Counted from the stretch's first letter, positions 1-13,855 are shown. The stretch: 64,000 nucleotides of DNA from Salpingoeca rosetta (GCA_033442325.1 JAWQFM010000013.1:1648665-1712664), one strand, 5' to 3'. A program made the numbers and translations. Notes: generated by a model from the sequence alone, not told the origin.

Positions 1-1377
1 CTGGGATTTGCTCGAATCAGAGGCACGAAAGGTTCCCGCTGTGGTTCACGACCCATTAGTACCAGGCACGCAAATCACGCTCGCACTTGCTCATGTGTGC
101 CAGTGTGCGTGTGTGTGTGTGCGTGTGTGGGTATTTGTGCGTACGTTGTGTGCGTGTACATTTTGGTTTGTCGCACGTGTGCTGCAATTTGTTCCCCATG
201 TGTGAGAAGCCGACCTCACTCCGTCTTTACTCTTGACCAAGCACACACACACATGCATACATATACATACATGCACACATGCACACATACACACACATGC
301 ACGCATATACATACATGCACCCATGCACACATACACACACACACACGCTCACGTGCCCATCACTGCCACCAACCACAATCACCGCTGCTGCGTGTCCTGT
401 TTTGCCAGACCAATCGGGCGGCTGCCATCGCGTTTCCTTCTCCAACAGCGGTTTTCTCGTCGCAATTGCCGCCCTCGCACGCTTCCCAACGTATGCTCGG
501 CACCGTGCTGTCAACACGTGGCTGCTTACAGCACGTATCAGCGCAGCCCCACTTGTGTGCATATGTGTGGACATTTGCACATGTTTGTACGCTCACCCGC
601 CAATGTGTAGTTCGATCACGTGCACATTTGTGATTATTCACGTCCGTCTGTGTTTCTTCACGTACGCGCTCGTGTATTCTTCATGTGTGTTTGCGTGTGT
701 GCGGTCGTGTATTCTTTGTGTGTGCGTGTGTGCGCGTGTGTTTGCGTGTGTGATGCCAGCGGTGCGAATCAGGAGAGCGGTGGCGGCGGCGAGGACGCGC
801 CGTCAGCCATGAAGGAGCAGCACGTCGTGCACGTGTATGGCGTGAGCGGGGTGAGCCAGCAGCGGCAGCCGTTTCTCATCCAGGAGTACCGCGCGCACAC
901 GGGGATCATCTACAACATTGACTGGTGAGCGCACGCAGCAGACCAAGCGTGCGAGATGGGTGATTGCGAGTGTGGCAACTCGAATACACTCATCACTCAC
1001 TGCCTGCGCACGTGTTCACAGTGCATTCAATCGCCAACATCGACATGGCTAACACAACATTCTCACGTATAACACACACACACGCGCGCGCGCTTGTGCA
1101 CCTTCGTTGACGTGTGTGTGCACGCATAGGACACCGGACGACACGTGTTTCCTGACGTGCTCTGCCGATGGCTTTGTGTGCTTGTGGGATGCAGTGACAT
1201 TCAGCCCACAGCCGCTGGCGGTGAGGAAGAAACAGGGTGGCACACGCATGCAAGTGATTCTATCGGCCTTTACTTTGAGCTGTAGAGACTGCAATGTTCT
1301 CGTTCGCCTGTACTCACACGCATGTACAAATCTCGCACACACACACACACACATCTCGCACACACACACACACACAT

Positions 1378-1445
<68 letters not shown>

Positions 1446-3712
1446 TACGCGAAACAATTGGTATTGTGCGACTTGCTGTACACATTGCAGGTGCTGCCCC
1501 ATTCGTCATTCGTGTACGACGCACGGTTCCTGCGCACTTCTGCCCATCACGAGCACACACGCGCACGCGAACTGCATACACACCCAGTCGTTGACGACAG
1601 TGATGGTGAGAGTGCCAGTGATGGCGATGGTCATGGCGGTGGCAGCGATCGTTCCGATCGCGACGGTGGCGGTGTTGTGCCGCTGGAGCCCCCCGGTCAC
1701 GTTGGCGGCGTGTTTCGTGCATCGCAGAGACGACGACGACAGCGCCGACGCCATGGTGGCGATGGTCACGGTGGCGGTCACGGTGGACGGAAGCGGGGAG
1801 CACTGGCGCAGCGCGTGAAGCAGCGGCGGCCTGTGGACACACACGCGCTGGCGGAGGCCGTGCAGGTGGTGACGGCAGCGTACGATGGGCTGGTGCGCGT
1901 GTGGGAGCTGAGGGCACAGCGGCAACGCCGGCTCACCCTCTCCCTCGCGCACTCGCTGCGAACAAGCGGACAGCTGGAAGGAGCAGTGGTGTGTGAAACC
2001 AGAGCAGGGGCAACGACAACTCCCGCCATTTCCTCGGATCAGCAACAGCAACAGGGGCAACAGCAGTCGTCAGGTGGACTGGCCACAGCACCGGTTGCTG
2101 CCGTGAACGCGCTCGCCATTGACCGGCGCCACACGCGCGTCTTTGCCGGTGACGCCAGCGGACGCATCTGCGTCTGGCTCGTCGACACGTCATCGTCACC
2201 ATCAGCACAATCATCATCACCGCCATCGCAAGTGCTGAGCGGGGCGCGGGAGCTGCGTGACCCGGAGATGCGCGGGTTTGGCGTGACGAGCGTTGTTCTA
2301 GACAGCAGTGAACGCCGTCTCATCTGCCTCTCCCGCGACGCCACCATCCGATTCATCAACCTCACAAACATGCTTGTCGACCAGGTGATTTGTCGTATGT
2401 GTGCAGGGTGTGTGCAGTGTGTGTGTGCGCACGTGTACAGTGTATGTGTTTTGCGTGTGTGTGTGTGTGCAGTATGTGTGTGTGTATGTGCAGTATGTGT
2501 GTGTGTGCGTGTGTGGTGTGTGTAAATGGCACGAGTTCCATTTCGCGCGGAGTGCAATTGTGCGTACATGTTTCTTCTGTGTTCACCTGTCACCACTCCC
2601 CTTCCATCACGGTTCTGCAGAAAATCCACGTTGGTGCACGCCAGGTGACGGGAATGGTTCGCTGCTGTCTTTCGCCCTGCGGCCGTCTCCTCTTCGCAGG
2701 TGCGTGCATGCGTGTGTGTGCATGCGTGTGCATGTGAGTGCATGTATGTATGTACGTGCACGCGTGCGTGTGCGTGTGCGTAGGTGTATCTTTACGTTTG
2801 AACCGTGCATCTCAGCGCACAGAGTCATATCCACTGGCCAACTCAATTCATATGGCTGGTGCACGCTTGTGTGTTCTTGTGGCGTTGTGGGCTGGGTGTG
2901 TTCTCATTGCTGCAGGGGGTGACGATGGACGAGTGCTGTGCTGGTACACGGACACAGGTCTGGCATGCCGCACACAGCCAGCGCTGCCCACAAAGTAGGG
3001 ACCTTACCACTGGCTGTGGTAGTGTTATGGCTCATGCTGCTTTCACTTTGAAAGCACCACTCTCGTTCCCCCTATTTACACACACACACACACATGCACG
3101 CATACACACACGAACAAACGCTCACACCCATACGTTCACCTGTTGACAGCCTGCCGATCATCGACGTTGCGTTCCATCCGCACGACAACATCTTGGCCGC
3201 GTGTGTGTTCGCCTCTCCAGGCGCCGCCTTCTTCCTCTCAACACCACCACGCAGTGAGAGCACACACACACACACACATACACACACACACACACACGCA
3301 CATACACACACACACACAAGCTCACGCTCATGCACGCATGTTGACTGTTGCTGTTCTTTCCGTGCGCTTGAGACGCAATGCGCGATGCGTTTGATTCAAC
3401 CGCCTCCGCATCACACGCATGTTCATTCAATCCCCATCCTCTCACGCGTGCCTGAATGACTTCAAATGCTGCCCTCATCATCGCACTTCAGAACACGCCC
3501 ACGGCCAACCAGTGCCATCCGCATCTATTCCTTCGTCCCTCCGCCAGTCGCTGCCGCCTGGTCTGCTGGAGAGGTACAGCCACGCAGTCATGAAGAGGAA
3601 GGGAGTGTGGGTGGCAAATGGGCAGGGAGGAAGAGCACGGGTTTGTCACCATCAGGTGTGATGCGAACATCTGCGTCTGTCTCGTCGATGTTCACTCATC
3701 GATGGCGCTTAT

Positions 3713-3776
<64 letters not shown>

Positions 3777-4752
3777 TGACCAGGAAACCGCCGCCAATCT
3801 TCCTTGAGCCGCCGGCAGCGTCGACTGCCCACGGCGACGCTGATTCGCTGTCGGGAACACAGCAGCACGACCCGCATGAGCTCGCCCGGTACCGGCAGCT
3901 TAAGGAGCAGCATGCAACGCGACTGCTTCGCGACGCCATGGCAACCATCGACGAGCGGTTAGATCAAGTTTGTGTGCTCTGTGTGTGTTCTGTTTGTGTT
4001 TGTTGTCTCTGTCTCTGTCTCTGTCTCTCTCCTATGCTGTGTGCTGTGTGCTTTACATCACCCCACCTCACACCATCCGCCATCCATGCACTTCGCATCA
4101 TCAACAGGATCCTGGACCTTCAAGGCGCCGGCCACACCGTCGGTCGCGCGTGGACGGCAGCGGAGACAGCGCCGGCGCGCACGTCGCAGTTTGCGGCGCC
4201 GGCAGCCAGAAGCGACGACGTGAACGAGAGCGTGGATGCAAACGCGACGCGGGCGAATGTGGCAATGGAGATGCAGAGGTTCATGCAGATGGCGCCAGCG
4301 CAAACAATGGGCGACACCTCGACGACAACGGCAGCAGCGACATCGACCACCGCCAGTGGTGATGGTCGTGACGATGACTCTGCGCGGGCGCCACTCGCTG
4401 CAATTCGCCTCCAACCACTGAAGAAAGCAGCCGTAACCACCACCAACACCACATCACCACCACCACCATCGTCATCGTCGTCAACGAGTGGTCGGCGGCG
4501 GCGACAGCGGCCCGTCGGGAAATCGCGCGCATCGCAACGACGCAGCGTCGCAGGCCGTGACGATGGAGCGAAGGGTGATGGTGGTGATGGAGCAAAGGGT
4601 GATGGTGGTGCTGCGCACGACACGACTGCGCCACCGTCGCGTGCCAGTCGACGGAGGCGGCCGGCGGCGCGCAGTCGAGCAGCACGACGCCGCGCTGGTG
4701 GTGGTGAAGATGGAAGGGATGTGACCAAAGCAGACACGATGCACCAACCGCC

Positions 4753-4817
<65 letters not shown>

Positions 4818-4960
4818 GGGGTGAGGGAGGACTGCAGCCACCACCGCCGCCGTCATCATCATCGTCTTCATCGTCCTCGCGTGTGCGTTCACCGAAGATG
4901 CGGCGCTCGCGGTTTGGGGGCGGGATCCAACTGGAGGGAACAGCAGACATCGACCTGTAG
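1..4960 (+). CDS. AHI1: Jouberin/AHI1-like WD40 ciliary transition-zone protein, multi-exon, 5' end outside the window
   Basis: Spliced peptides GGCHRVSFSNSGFLVAIAA, AHTGIIYNIDW-TPDDTCFLTCSADGFVCLWD, VLPHSSFVYDARF, VVTAAYDGLVRVW, VRCCLSPCGRLLFAG and PIIDVAFHPHDNILAAC match the AHI1 WD40 series as I recall it (e.g. GHLNIIYDLSW, LPHPSFVYTAKF). The last exon is low-complexity with polyQ; stop TAG at 4958-4960. Confidence 0.8.
4754..4815 (+). repeat. (CAG)n polyglutamine tract in the last AHI1 exon
   Basis: About 20 uninterrupted CAG codons, in frame with the C-terminal tail. Confidence 0.9.
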
Positions 4961-5241
4961 CAGGCGCGGTGTACATGTGCGCGCGCGCGTGCGTGTGTGT
5001 GTGTGTGTGTGCACTCTGTGTGTATAGGTAGTTTACATTGTCTTTGACGCTCACGTTGTACCCTTTTGGGTTTTCCTTCGTGTCCATAAGAGTCGTGTGC
5101 ATATGCCTGAGGGCAATGTGAGGTTTGTGCTAACAATTTACGTGTTCGTGTAATGGAAATACAAGACGTTGTTCAAACAACAAAACAACACTACCCCATA
5201 CAACCGAACCAGCACCACGTGCGAACGACACATGTCATGGT

Positions 5242-5938
5242 TCATGGAAGTTTCATGTTCACACGAAGACCGCGGCCATCCGGTCCCTGCGTCCACGTCA
5301 CGCTGCAATGCACACACGCACACGCACACACGCACACACACACACACACACACATACACGGATATGAGCCGAGGAACTGAGTAAACGTGCATGTGAATGC
5401 GTGTGGGTTGCGTGCAAGGGAAGATGTGCGTGAGGGCTCAAGGGCATAACCATATTCACGTGGTCTGCGCACCTGGAGTTTGGATCAATGAGCAGGGAGT
5501 CGCCTTGATTCATGCTGTGATCAATGTCATTCACCCGCACCGTGGATGTCCCAGACTACACAGCACAGGCGAATATGTGCATTATGTGCATGTGTGAGTG
5601 GACGCATTGGGCGCAAGCAGCGGCAAACAAACACGTTCAACAATCGAATCGACTGCCGACACAGACCGACAGGCAGACAGACAGACAGACAGACACACAC
5701 ACACACGCGCGCGCGCGCACACACAAACGCACGTGTTGCCAGATCCATGTTTGCTGCTGTGTTGGCTCAAACGAGGCCTTGCATCCGTTTCCACACGCGT
5801 GCACCTGTGGATGGTGGATGAACAGATGAAGTGATGGGACAAACAGCAGCACGCGTGAGCACGACAAGCAGCACGACAACAAACCAACCCATTTCACAGG
5901 AAAACACAGCATGGCCCAAAGCCCCGTACACACACACA

Positions 5939-5979
<41 letters not shown>

Positions 5980-7054
5980 ACACACACACCGACACCACGT
6001 CATGGTGGAGCGCACCTGAAATTCTCCCTTTGAGAACATGAGCGTGGGTTTGTCTGCCACGTCATCGGCGTGCTCCTCAAACCACTGCAGTCAATACAGG
6101 AGAATTCAAGAGCACGCCAAAGCACAACACAGCACAACACAGCACGTGCGGCCACAGCAGAGATGAGGAGGAATTGCACCTCATCCACCAAATCAGCGCC
6201 AGCAGAAACTCATGCACAAGAACATGCGTATGCACAAACACACACACACACACACACACCTGCTGAAGTGAGAAGGGTGCGTCCACGGTTGTCGTTGTGT
6301 CGATGTTGATGGGAGTTGGGTCAGTCACGTTCTCTGTAGGAGGCGACAAGAGGCGTGAATATGCGATTGGCTTTGCAGAGGAAGATGGCGTGGTTTGTGT
6401 CTGCACCTGCAAAAAAAAAAAAAAAAAAAAAACACGCGAACACAACAAACAGACAGGCGGACACACGTGGAGGCACGCTTGACACGTGCTTGTTATACCT
6501 TTGGTTGGAGTGTCTGTCTTGTGCTCTTCGCTGGCAAAGAACCTGGGGAAGGCAACAGCAAGAAGCAGCAGCGCCCCGACAACGGCGACGTGAGTGTGGG
6601 ACATCTGCAACAAAAGAAGGAGCAGGAGCAGGAGAATGTGGAAAGAGCAAAGTCCATGCACCAGGCAGACACCCGGACAAACTGGCGGAAGAACGGCGGG
6701 ACATACAGACGGACAGATAAGCAGGCAGACACAAAACATGCCCGCACCCACACATGCACACACATGCACACACACATACACACACACATATACACACACA
6801 TGCAACCCCACACGCACACACACGCACACACACGCATGCACGCACTCGTCAATGACGGGCTTGAGCTGTGTGCCGAGGTCGTAGCAGTGGAACCAGCGTT
6901 CCCAGAGCGGCGTGCTGTCGTCCTGTTTGCGGTAGTAGCGGAGTCCATCAAGCTCCTTCTCGCTGCGCTCGCGCTCAATCACCAGCCCAACCGTGTCCTC
7001 AAACCGCTGTGGGGAGTGGGGAATGCGCCCGGGCAGCACAAAAATCTGCAATCG

Positions 7055-7109
<55 letters not shown>

Positions 7110-7189
7110 GGTTGGAGGGCGTGCGAGAAGCGCAAACGCGAGTCATCTGTACATGGTTCCGTCATGTTGCAGAGGAACACACACACAGA

Positions 7190-7232
<43 letters not shown>

Positions 7233-7960
7233 ACAGACATACACACAGACATACACAAACACAAGCAAAAGCAGCGCGGGTGGCACCTCTCCCTCCTTGA
7301 TCTTGACGTCCTTTGGTTTGCCTTGCTCCATGATCTTCAGAACCATGTCTCCCTTGAGCTGGAAGAAGAGCTGCCGTTACCATCGAAGCAGCGCAGGGGA
7401 CGAACATGAGTGGCACAGTTGCATGCAGGAAGCAAGTTGTCGTGGCGTAACGGTGTGGTGTGGTGCTAGCAACGAGCACCAACGCAGCCTGCGAGAGGGG
7501 GGGGGAACATGGAGGCGGCAACACTTGCATCCAGTGCCTGCATCCAGGGTTATCACCTCCTCGCCTTCCTCAATGTGGAAGTCCCGGCGGATGTTTGGTC
7601 CACCTACGAACATGATCTTCAACAAGCCATCGCCATGCCTGCTCGCACGCACGCGCACAGCGTATGTGTCACGAAAGTGAGCGGGATGAGTGCTTCACCA
7701 CCCACGTGTCAGGAGGCACCGCTGTTTCCTCAACACACTCACACGCACATATTCACGCACACCGCATATATGTATATGTATTCACGCAAACACAGGTTCA
7801 CCCACCCACACAAAGCCACCCCCCCACACACACAGTTCCACACACCCACACGCACGCACATACACACACATTCGCTCACGCACATGAGCTTGTTGCAGAC
7901 GGGTGGAGCGAAGGATGCCTTGTTCTCCTCCACCCAGCCCTCGATGTTCACCAGTGTCAT
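5242..7960 (-). CDS. HAAO: 3-hydroxyanthranilate 3,4-dioxygenase (kynurenine pathway), multi-exon
   Basis: Exons [26 protein letters not shown] / [27 protein letters not shown] / [28 protein letters not shown] / [27 protein letters not shown]...[15 protein letters not shown] / FFASEEHKT. The Fe-binding His/Glu/His residues are present. The C-terminal exons are less certain (probable end [20 protein letters not shown]). Confidence 0.92.
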
Positions 7961-8248
7961 CTTGGTTGGTTGATTGCTTTTGTCGCGGCGCAAAACAGTC
8001 AGCGGATGGGGTAATGGTGACTCCAGTTTATGCTGTTGTCGTTGACCTAGAAACATGGTGTACGACTTCAAAGGTTTTTCGGAACTGCCACGACTCTGGG
8101 TCTGGTGGATACGAACAATTGATTCATCGAAATGCGCGATAAGCACAAAGTTGTGACCAACAGTCATAGATTGAGGCAGAATTTTTTTGGCACACTTTTT
8201 TCTGGTTGGTTTGTCAGTGGAGACAAGCGAGAGCAACGAACAACCAAG

Positions 8249-10206
8249 ATGCAGCTGAAGTGGCTGTCTGTGCTGGCCATCGTGGCACTCCTGCTCACGC
8301 GTGAGTGCTGCTCGCAGTGGGTGGTGGTGCTGGTCCCGCTGGTGTTGGTGCTGGTGCCGAGGGTGTGGAGAAGGCAGAAAGGGTCGATCATTGAGCTCCA
8401 CATGTGCATGTATTGGTGCGAGCATGGGTGACTGTGCAAAGAGTGGAGGTTGGGCATGTACGTGTGTTGGTGTTGGTGCTGGTGTTGGTGCTGATGTATG
8501 TCAACGCTCACATCATTGTCATCATGATCTGTCCAACGTTTGTGTCCTGTGACTTTGTCTGTTGAACGTGCACAGGCCTTCCCCCTTCTTCCCTGGTTTC
8601 TGCAAACGATGACGACACCGTGACTGGCGAGGATGTGGGAGACGACATGGACAACGTCGCCGTCGATGAGGAGGTGTGTGTGTGTGTGTGTGTGAGTGAA
8701 TGTGAGAGAGAGTGTGTATGTGCGTGCGTGTGTGTGCGTGTGTGTGTGTACGCGTGATTGTTCTGCTTGGGTGATGCGTTCATGCCACGCCGCACCCACT
8801 GAGCAGGCGGAGGAGGAAGAGAGCGACATTGATGATTTGGAGCTCGGGCCAACAAAGCTCGTCGACGTGACTGCCATCTTCCCGGATTTTCCAACCCTCG
8901 GTGCGTGTCACACAGTCGTGGGTGAATACGCGTGCGTGTGTGTGTGTGTGTGTGTGTGTGCGTGTGCGTGGGCAGCAAAACACCTCTTGTCTTGTCTTTG
9001 ATGTTGACACGTGTTTGACAGCACTCTCATTTGATGCTGCCAATGCGTGTGTTCACTGTGGCGCAGAGATTCCTGCTGGCGCCATTGTTACCGCCGTCGT
9101 TGGTCTTGACAACAAGGCCGACTCGCCCTTCGTCGTCAGCTCCATTGAGGGATCCCTTGGGTACGCTTGTGTGCTGGCACAAAGAGCAGCGGCGGTGCAC
9201 CTCAGACATGTCCGGTTGCTGTCAGTGTTATTCTGAAACCTCCCATGCTGACCACCCATCCTTTCGCTCATTTTCCATGCTTTTTTCTTGCTGCATCCTC
9301 GCTGTCGTCACAGTGCGCCTTTCGACTACACCCAATCATTCCAGAACGTAAGCGATCGTCCCGTGCCGGCCTTTCATACCTTGTCACCCGCAGCAGACAC
9401 ACACACACACACGCACACACACACACGCACGCACGCACATACACATGCATCAACATCGTTGCTGTTGTTGTTGATGTTGTTGTTGTTCTCGCCTCACGTC
9501 CATCCTGCGTTTGCTGTGACTCGATGTGCAGTTCACTGCCATGCCGATTGAGCTGCGCGTGGACGCTGGCCAGCAGGCGACGTTCACCTACAAGTTCCGC
9601 CCCTCGGACCGCTTCGAGCCCCGCGACTTTGCGCTCGCCGTTGTCGTCAACCTCAAGGGTGCGCTGCGCGGTGTCCCTGGTGTCCCTGTGCGCGCGTGTG
9701 CATTTATATGCCTGTTTGTGAAGCTGGTGTATCTGTTTGTGAAGCTGCGTGTACCTGTGTGCCTGTCTACCGATGCATGTGCATGTGCCAGCTTGGCCTG
9801 CTTCTCTGCAACCTGTCTGTGAAACTATTGCGGCACTCCTCCTGCCCTTCTCTCCGCTGCCATCGCGCCACATCTCATTGACACATGCACGTATGACTGT
9901 GCTGCGCGGGATACAGACCAGAGCGAGGGCCTGTTTGTGAACACCGCGTTCAACCAGACCATCACGCTCACGGACCCCGAGTCTGACGTCTCGTCCAAGG
10001 CCATCTTTGGCTACATCCTGTTTGCTGCTGTTGGCGTGCTCGCGTTCCTGTACAGCCGGCCCAAGCCCGCCACCAAGCCAACCAAGCAGGCAGCGAAGCG
10101 CGTTGAGACGGGCGCAGGCATGGTGCAAGAGGACGAGTGGCTCGCCGATACCAATGTGTACGTATCCTGCATCCAACATGGTTGGTGGTGTTGGTGGCGC
10201 GAGTTG

Positions 10207-10244
<38 letters not shown>

Positions 10245-10456
10245 AGAGGAAAGTGTTTGCTTGTGATGAGTCGTGTGTCTGAGGTATTTATTTGCTCTGC
10301 CGTTGATGCTCGTGATCACTGTTGCTGTCACATCACGGCCTGTGCGCATGTTCGCGCACTCCATTCACGCATGACTCCGCTTGCACATGCATGTCGACCT
10401 TGCATTTATTCAGCGTACAGCCCCGTCGCCGCAAGCGCTCGGAGCGCAAGAACTAG
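8249..10456 (+). CDS. SSR1: Translocon-associated protein alpha (TRAP-alpha), multi-exon
   Basis: Signal peptide MQLKWLSVLAIVALLL, acidic N-terminus, then EIPAGAIVTAVVGLDNK...SSIEGSL, AFDYTQSFQN-FTA, QQATFTYKF...FEPRDFALAVVVN, NTAFNQTI, TM segment AIFGYILFAAVGVLAFL, KRVETG...DEWL and a basic end RRRKRSERKN*. Confidence 0.9.
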
Positions 10457-11267
10457 ACCACACACGTGGTGCTATTGGTGTTGTGTTGTTTCGTTCCCCT
10501 CATCATCATCATCATCAACATCATCATTGTTGTGGTTCTGTCTGCACCCACGGCCGTGCGTGTGGTGGATAACCGGGCGAATACTCATGTGAATCGGTGA
10601 ACTTGCGGGCGGCTTTCGTGTCTTCCGCAGGTCGCGTGTGCATGCGAGCAAACGTATCTCGCATCACCGCAATGCGCCAGCAATAAACATGACCAAAGCA
10701 TGCAGACGTACAGTTGCCACTGGTGAGTGAGCTCAGGGGTGCAGCAGCTGTATGAACAGCAGAGCACGCACTTGCTTTGGCCTTATCCGTTCTCACGTCA
10801 CGTTCACGCAACACCAAACGTTTCGCGCTTCCAAACTGAAAACTGTGGTTTCGTTTATTGGAGGCATGAAGCGACACAGGACCAGCAACCATCATCATTT
10901 CACACACAGGACAGGACCGGACAGAGAGACAACGCCTCACAACAGCAGGGGGGTTAAGCAGACATCCAAGTGTTTTGCGGTAGGGAGGTGAATATATGTA
11001 AACAAAAACAACACCCGTCATGGCTGGCACAGCAGGACAGCAAAGCAAGGAAGGAGGGGTGGTGGTGTTAGGAGGTCAAACAGACAGGTGAATGAAAAGA
11101 AACGCAGATGAACAAAATGGTGCAACAAGCAAGCAAGCAAGCATGGTCATCATCCCGTCATCGTCATCGTCGTCGTCGTCACAGAGAGCAAAGCAGCAGC
11201 CGGCACTGCCTCTGTCGCTGCTGCTGGTGATGCCTCTGCTGTCAGCTGCTGCTGCTACTGCTGCTGC

Positions 11268-12161
11268 TTAGACGGACTCGACGGCGGCGGAGGAGGAGGA
11301 AGAGGCGTTGGCGCGGTGCTTGGCGAAGAAGACGCCACCAACAACGGCGCCGACAAGCAGCAGCGCGCCAACCACAATGCCGGCAATGGCGCCCGCAGAG
11401 AGGCCTGCAGCGGCATCACCAGCACCAGAGGCGCCAGAGTTGTTGTCGGCGTAGGCGTAGTCGTTCTTCGTCGTGTACTCGTTCTTGGGCGCCTCGTAGG
11501 CCGTCGTGTACTCCTGGTGCTTGGTCGTGTACACGGGTGGCTTGGTGGTGTAGACTGGTGGCTTGGTGGTGTACACGGGGCGTGTGGTGTACACGGCCTC
11601 TGTGGTGTACACGGGTGGCTGTGTGGTGTAGACGGGTGGCTGCGTGGTGTAGACGGGGCGTGTGGTGTACTCCTGGTGCTGGGTGTAGCGTGGGTAGGCG
11701 GGCTTGGTGGTGTACTCCTGGTGCTTTGGTGCCTCGTAGGCAGTGGTGTACTCCTGGTGCTTGGTGGTGTACTCCTGCTTGGGTGCGACGTAGGCAGTGG
11801 TGTAAGCCTTCTTGGGTGCCTCATAAGCCGTGGTGTACTCCTGCTTGGGTGCCTCGTAAGCCGTGGTGTACTCCTGGTGCTTGGGTGCCTCGTAAGCTGT
11901 GGTGTACTCCATGTGCTTGGTCGTGTACTCCTGCTTGGGTGCCTCGTAAGCCGTGGTGTACTCCTGCTTGGGTGCGACGTACGCGGTCGTGTAAGCCTTC
12001 TTGGGTGCCTCGTAAGCTGTGGTGTACTCCATGTGCTTGGTCGTGTAGTCCTGGTGCTTGGGCTGATAAGCCGTCGTGTACTCGTGCCGCTGATAATCGG
12101 CAGCCATCGAGCCCGCAGCAAGCAGCAGGCACGACGCCACCGCAAACACCAACACGCGCAT
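11268..12161 (-). CDS. Single-exon type I membrane protein with a Tyr/Thr/Pro/Lys/His-rich tandem-repeat ectodomain (mucin/extensin-like)
   Basis: ATG at 12161. Signal peptide MRVLVFAVASCLLLAAGSMA; repeats EYTTAYEAPK, EYTTKH and PPVYTT; TM helix LSAGAIAGIVVGALLLVGAVVGGVFF; short cytoplasmic tail; stop TAA at 11268. Confidence 0.85.
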   Translation of the reverse strand: MRVLVFAVASCLLLAAGSMAADYQRHEYTTAYQPKHQDYTTKHMEYTTAYEAPKKAYTTAYVAPKQEYTTAYEAPKQEYTTKHMEYTTAYEAPKHQEYTTAYEAPKQEYTTAYEAPKKAYTTAYVAPKQEYTTKHQEYTTAYEAPKHQEYTTKPAYPRYTQHQEYTTRPVYTTQPPVYTTQPPVYTTEAVYTTRPVYTTKPPVYTTKPPVYTTKHQEYTTAYEAPKNEYTTKNDYAYADNNSGASGAGDAAAGLSAGAIAGIVVGALLLVGAVVGGVFFAKHRANASSSSSAAVESV

Positions 12162-13294
12162 GGCTGGCTGTCGGTGCAACACCTGGCTTCACAAAAGAGG
12201 AAGAAGAAGAAGAAGAAGAAGAAGTGTGCGCTGGCAGGTGGCTGGAAGTCACGCAGTTCAAATCGGGGGGTCTTGGTGGTTCTTGGTGCGTTGGATGACA
12301 GCTGAGAAAATGAACATCTCATCCACATCCAATCCACATCAACATCCATCCAGCCAGCTGACATTGGGGAGCTGATGGCGTGCGGTGGAGAAAGCAGGCG
12401 AGGAGAGACACGCTTGGGCCTTCTCGCTGGAGGGATGGCACGCACTCACTGTCGATGCCAAAGGTGCGTGCTGGCCGTTCCCCTTCCAATGCCGCTTGCC
12501 GGTACTGCACCCTGCTCACAACAGCATCAGTAGGCTCGGTGTGCACGAGCTGGGAACTGAAGCATCGCCTGCTGCACGTTCCCAGGCAATCAATCAAAGT
12601 GAATGAGAAAGAGGGGGCAAGTGAATGAGAAAGAGGGGGCAAGCGAATGAAGGTCCGTGTGAGTTTGTACAGAGTGATAAAGTGCGAGTGAAAGTGAGAG
12701 TGAGAGGAAGAGTGTGGGGCATGAAGAGAAGAAATGGCCTGCTTGCGTGTTTGCTTGCACCTGCATGAAGAAACAACACAGAGTACAGAGCACAAGTGCA
12801 CTCAAAACACGCACGTACGCTACACACACGCACGTACACCACACACACCACAACACGCATTCAACACATGCACGCACTTCATTTCAGCCAGCACTGCGTT
12901 CCTTTATCAGCTGCTGACTTCAGCCTGCAGCTGTTCGTACGAACCACGTCGATGCACCGTGTGCGTGTGTGAGATTGAATGCACTCGTGCTGCTCTTCTC
13001 TTTTGTTGTAATCATCTCCACTTGGCTTGCTTGCTCTGTGTGGATATGTGAATGTGCACACACCATCAGTGCATGTGTATGCATGTGTGTGCGAACCATC
13101 ATGCTTCACATCACCCACACATCACCCACACAACTGCAACTCAAGAAGCGCTGCTGCTTGTTGCTTGCTTGCTTGTTGGTGCGTGTTGGTTGTTGTTTTG
13201 GGTGTTGGTTGTTCGTGCTGTCCTTCCGATCGCCGTTTTGTGTAAATCTTGTGTTAACTTTCAACAACCACCTTGCACCAACGACCAACCAACG

Positions 13295-13790
13295 ATGATG
13301 ATTGGAACTGTGATCTCTAGCGCGCTGCTGTGCCTCGTTGTGGTTGTCTTCGTACCGGCCTCCACGGCGGCGCAGCGGCTCAACCCAGCGTACCCGACGT
13401 CCATGCATCCAACAGGTGGGCAAACTCAGCTCACCGCTTTTCATTTCTTGCTTGGCTGCTTCTCCCCTGGGCGTCTCGACGCCTGGACTCGTTGACTTGC
13501 TGCCTGCGTTCTGCTTCATTCACCTTGTTGCGACATGAGCACCCTGCGTTTGCTCTCTCAGGCACACTGACCGCCTCTAATTACCCTTTGACATCCCCCC
13601 TCTCTCTCTTTTGCCTGTAGGAGCATCTCCACTATATGTGATATCTGATCATGGTGTGGCGATGGAAGACATTGTCACGTACGAGACGATGGCAGGATTC
13701 CTCGGCCGGACCACTCCTCAGCTGTACCGGTGAGGTTTTGAGTATTGTTCTCTGCTGTGAGACCTGACCCTTGCGCAGTCGAACCTCCTG

Positions 13791-13855
<65 letters not shown>

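Noticed and set aside
5242-7960. HAAO (de novo NAD+ synthesis) in the same window as NAD+-consuming immune-like genes
   Set aside because: It lies about 34 kb away with six unrelated genes in between; no evidence of a functional link.
12593-12645. Short direct repeat GTGAATGAGAAAGAGGGGGCAAG x2 upstream of the repeat-protein gene
   Set aside because: A simple local duplication with no terminal inverted repeat, transposase or other support for a mobile element.
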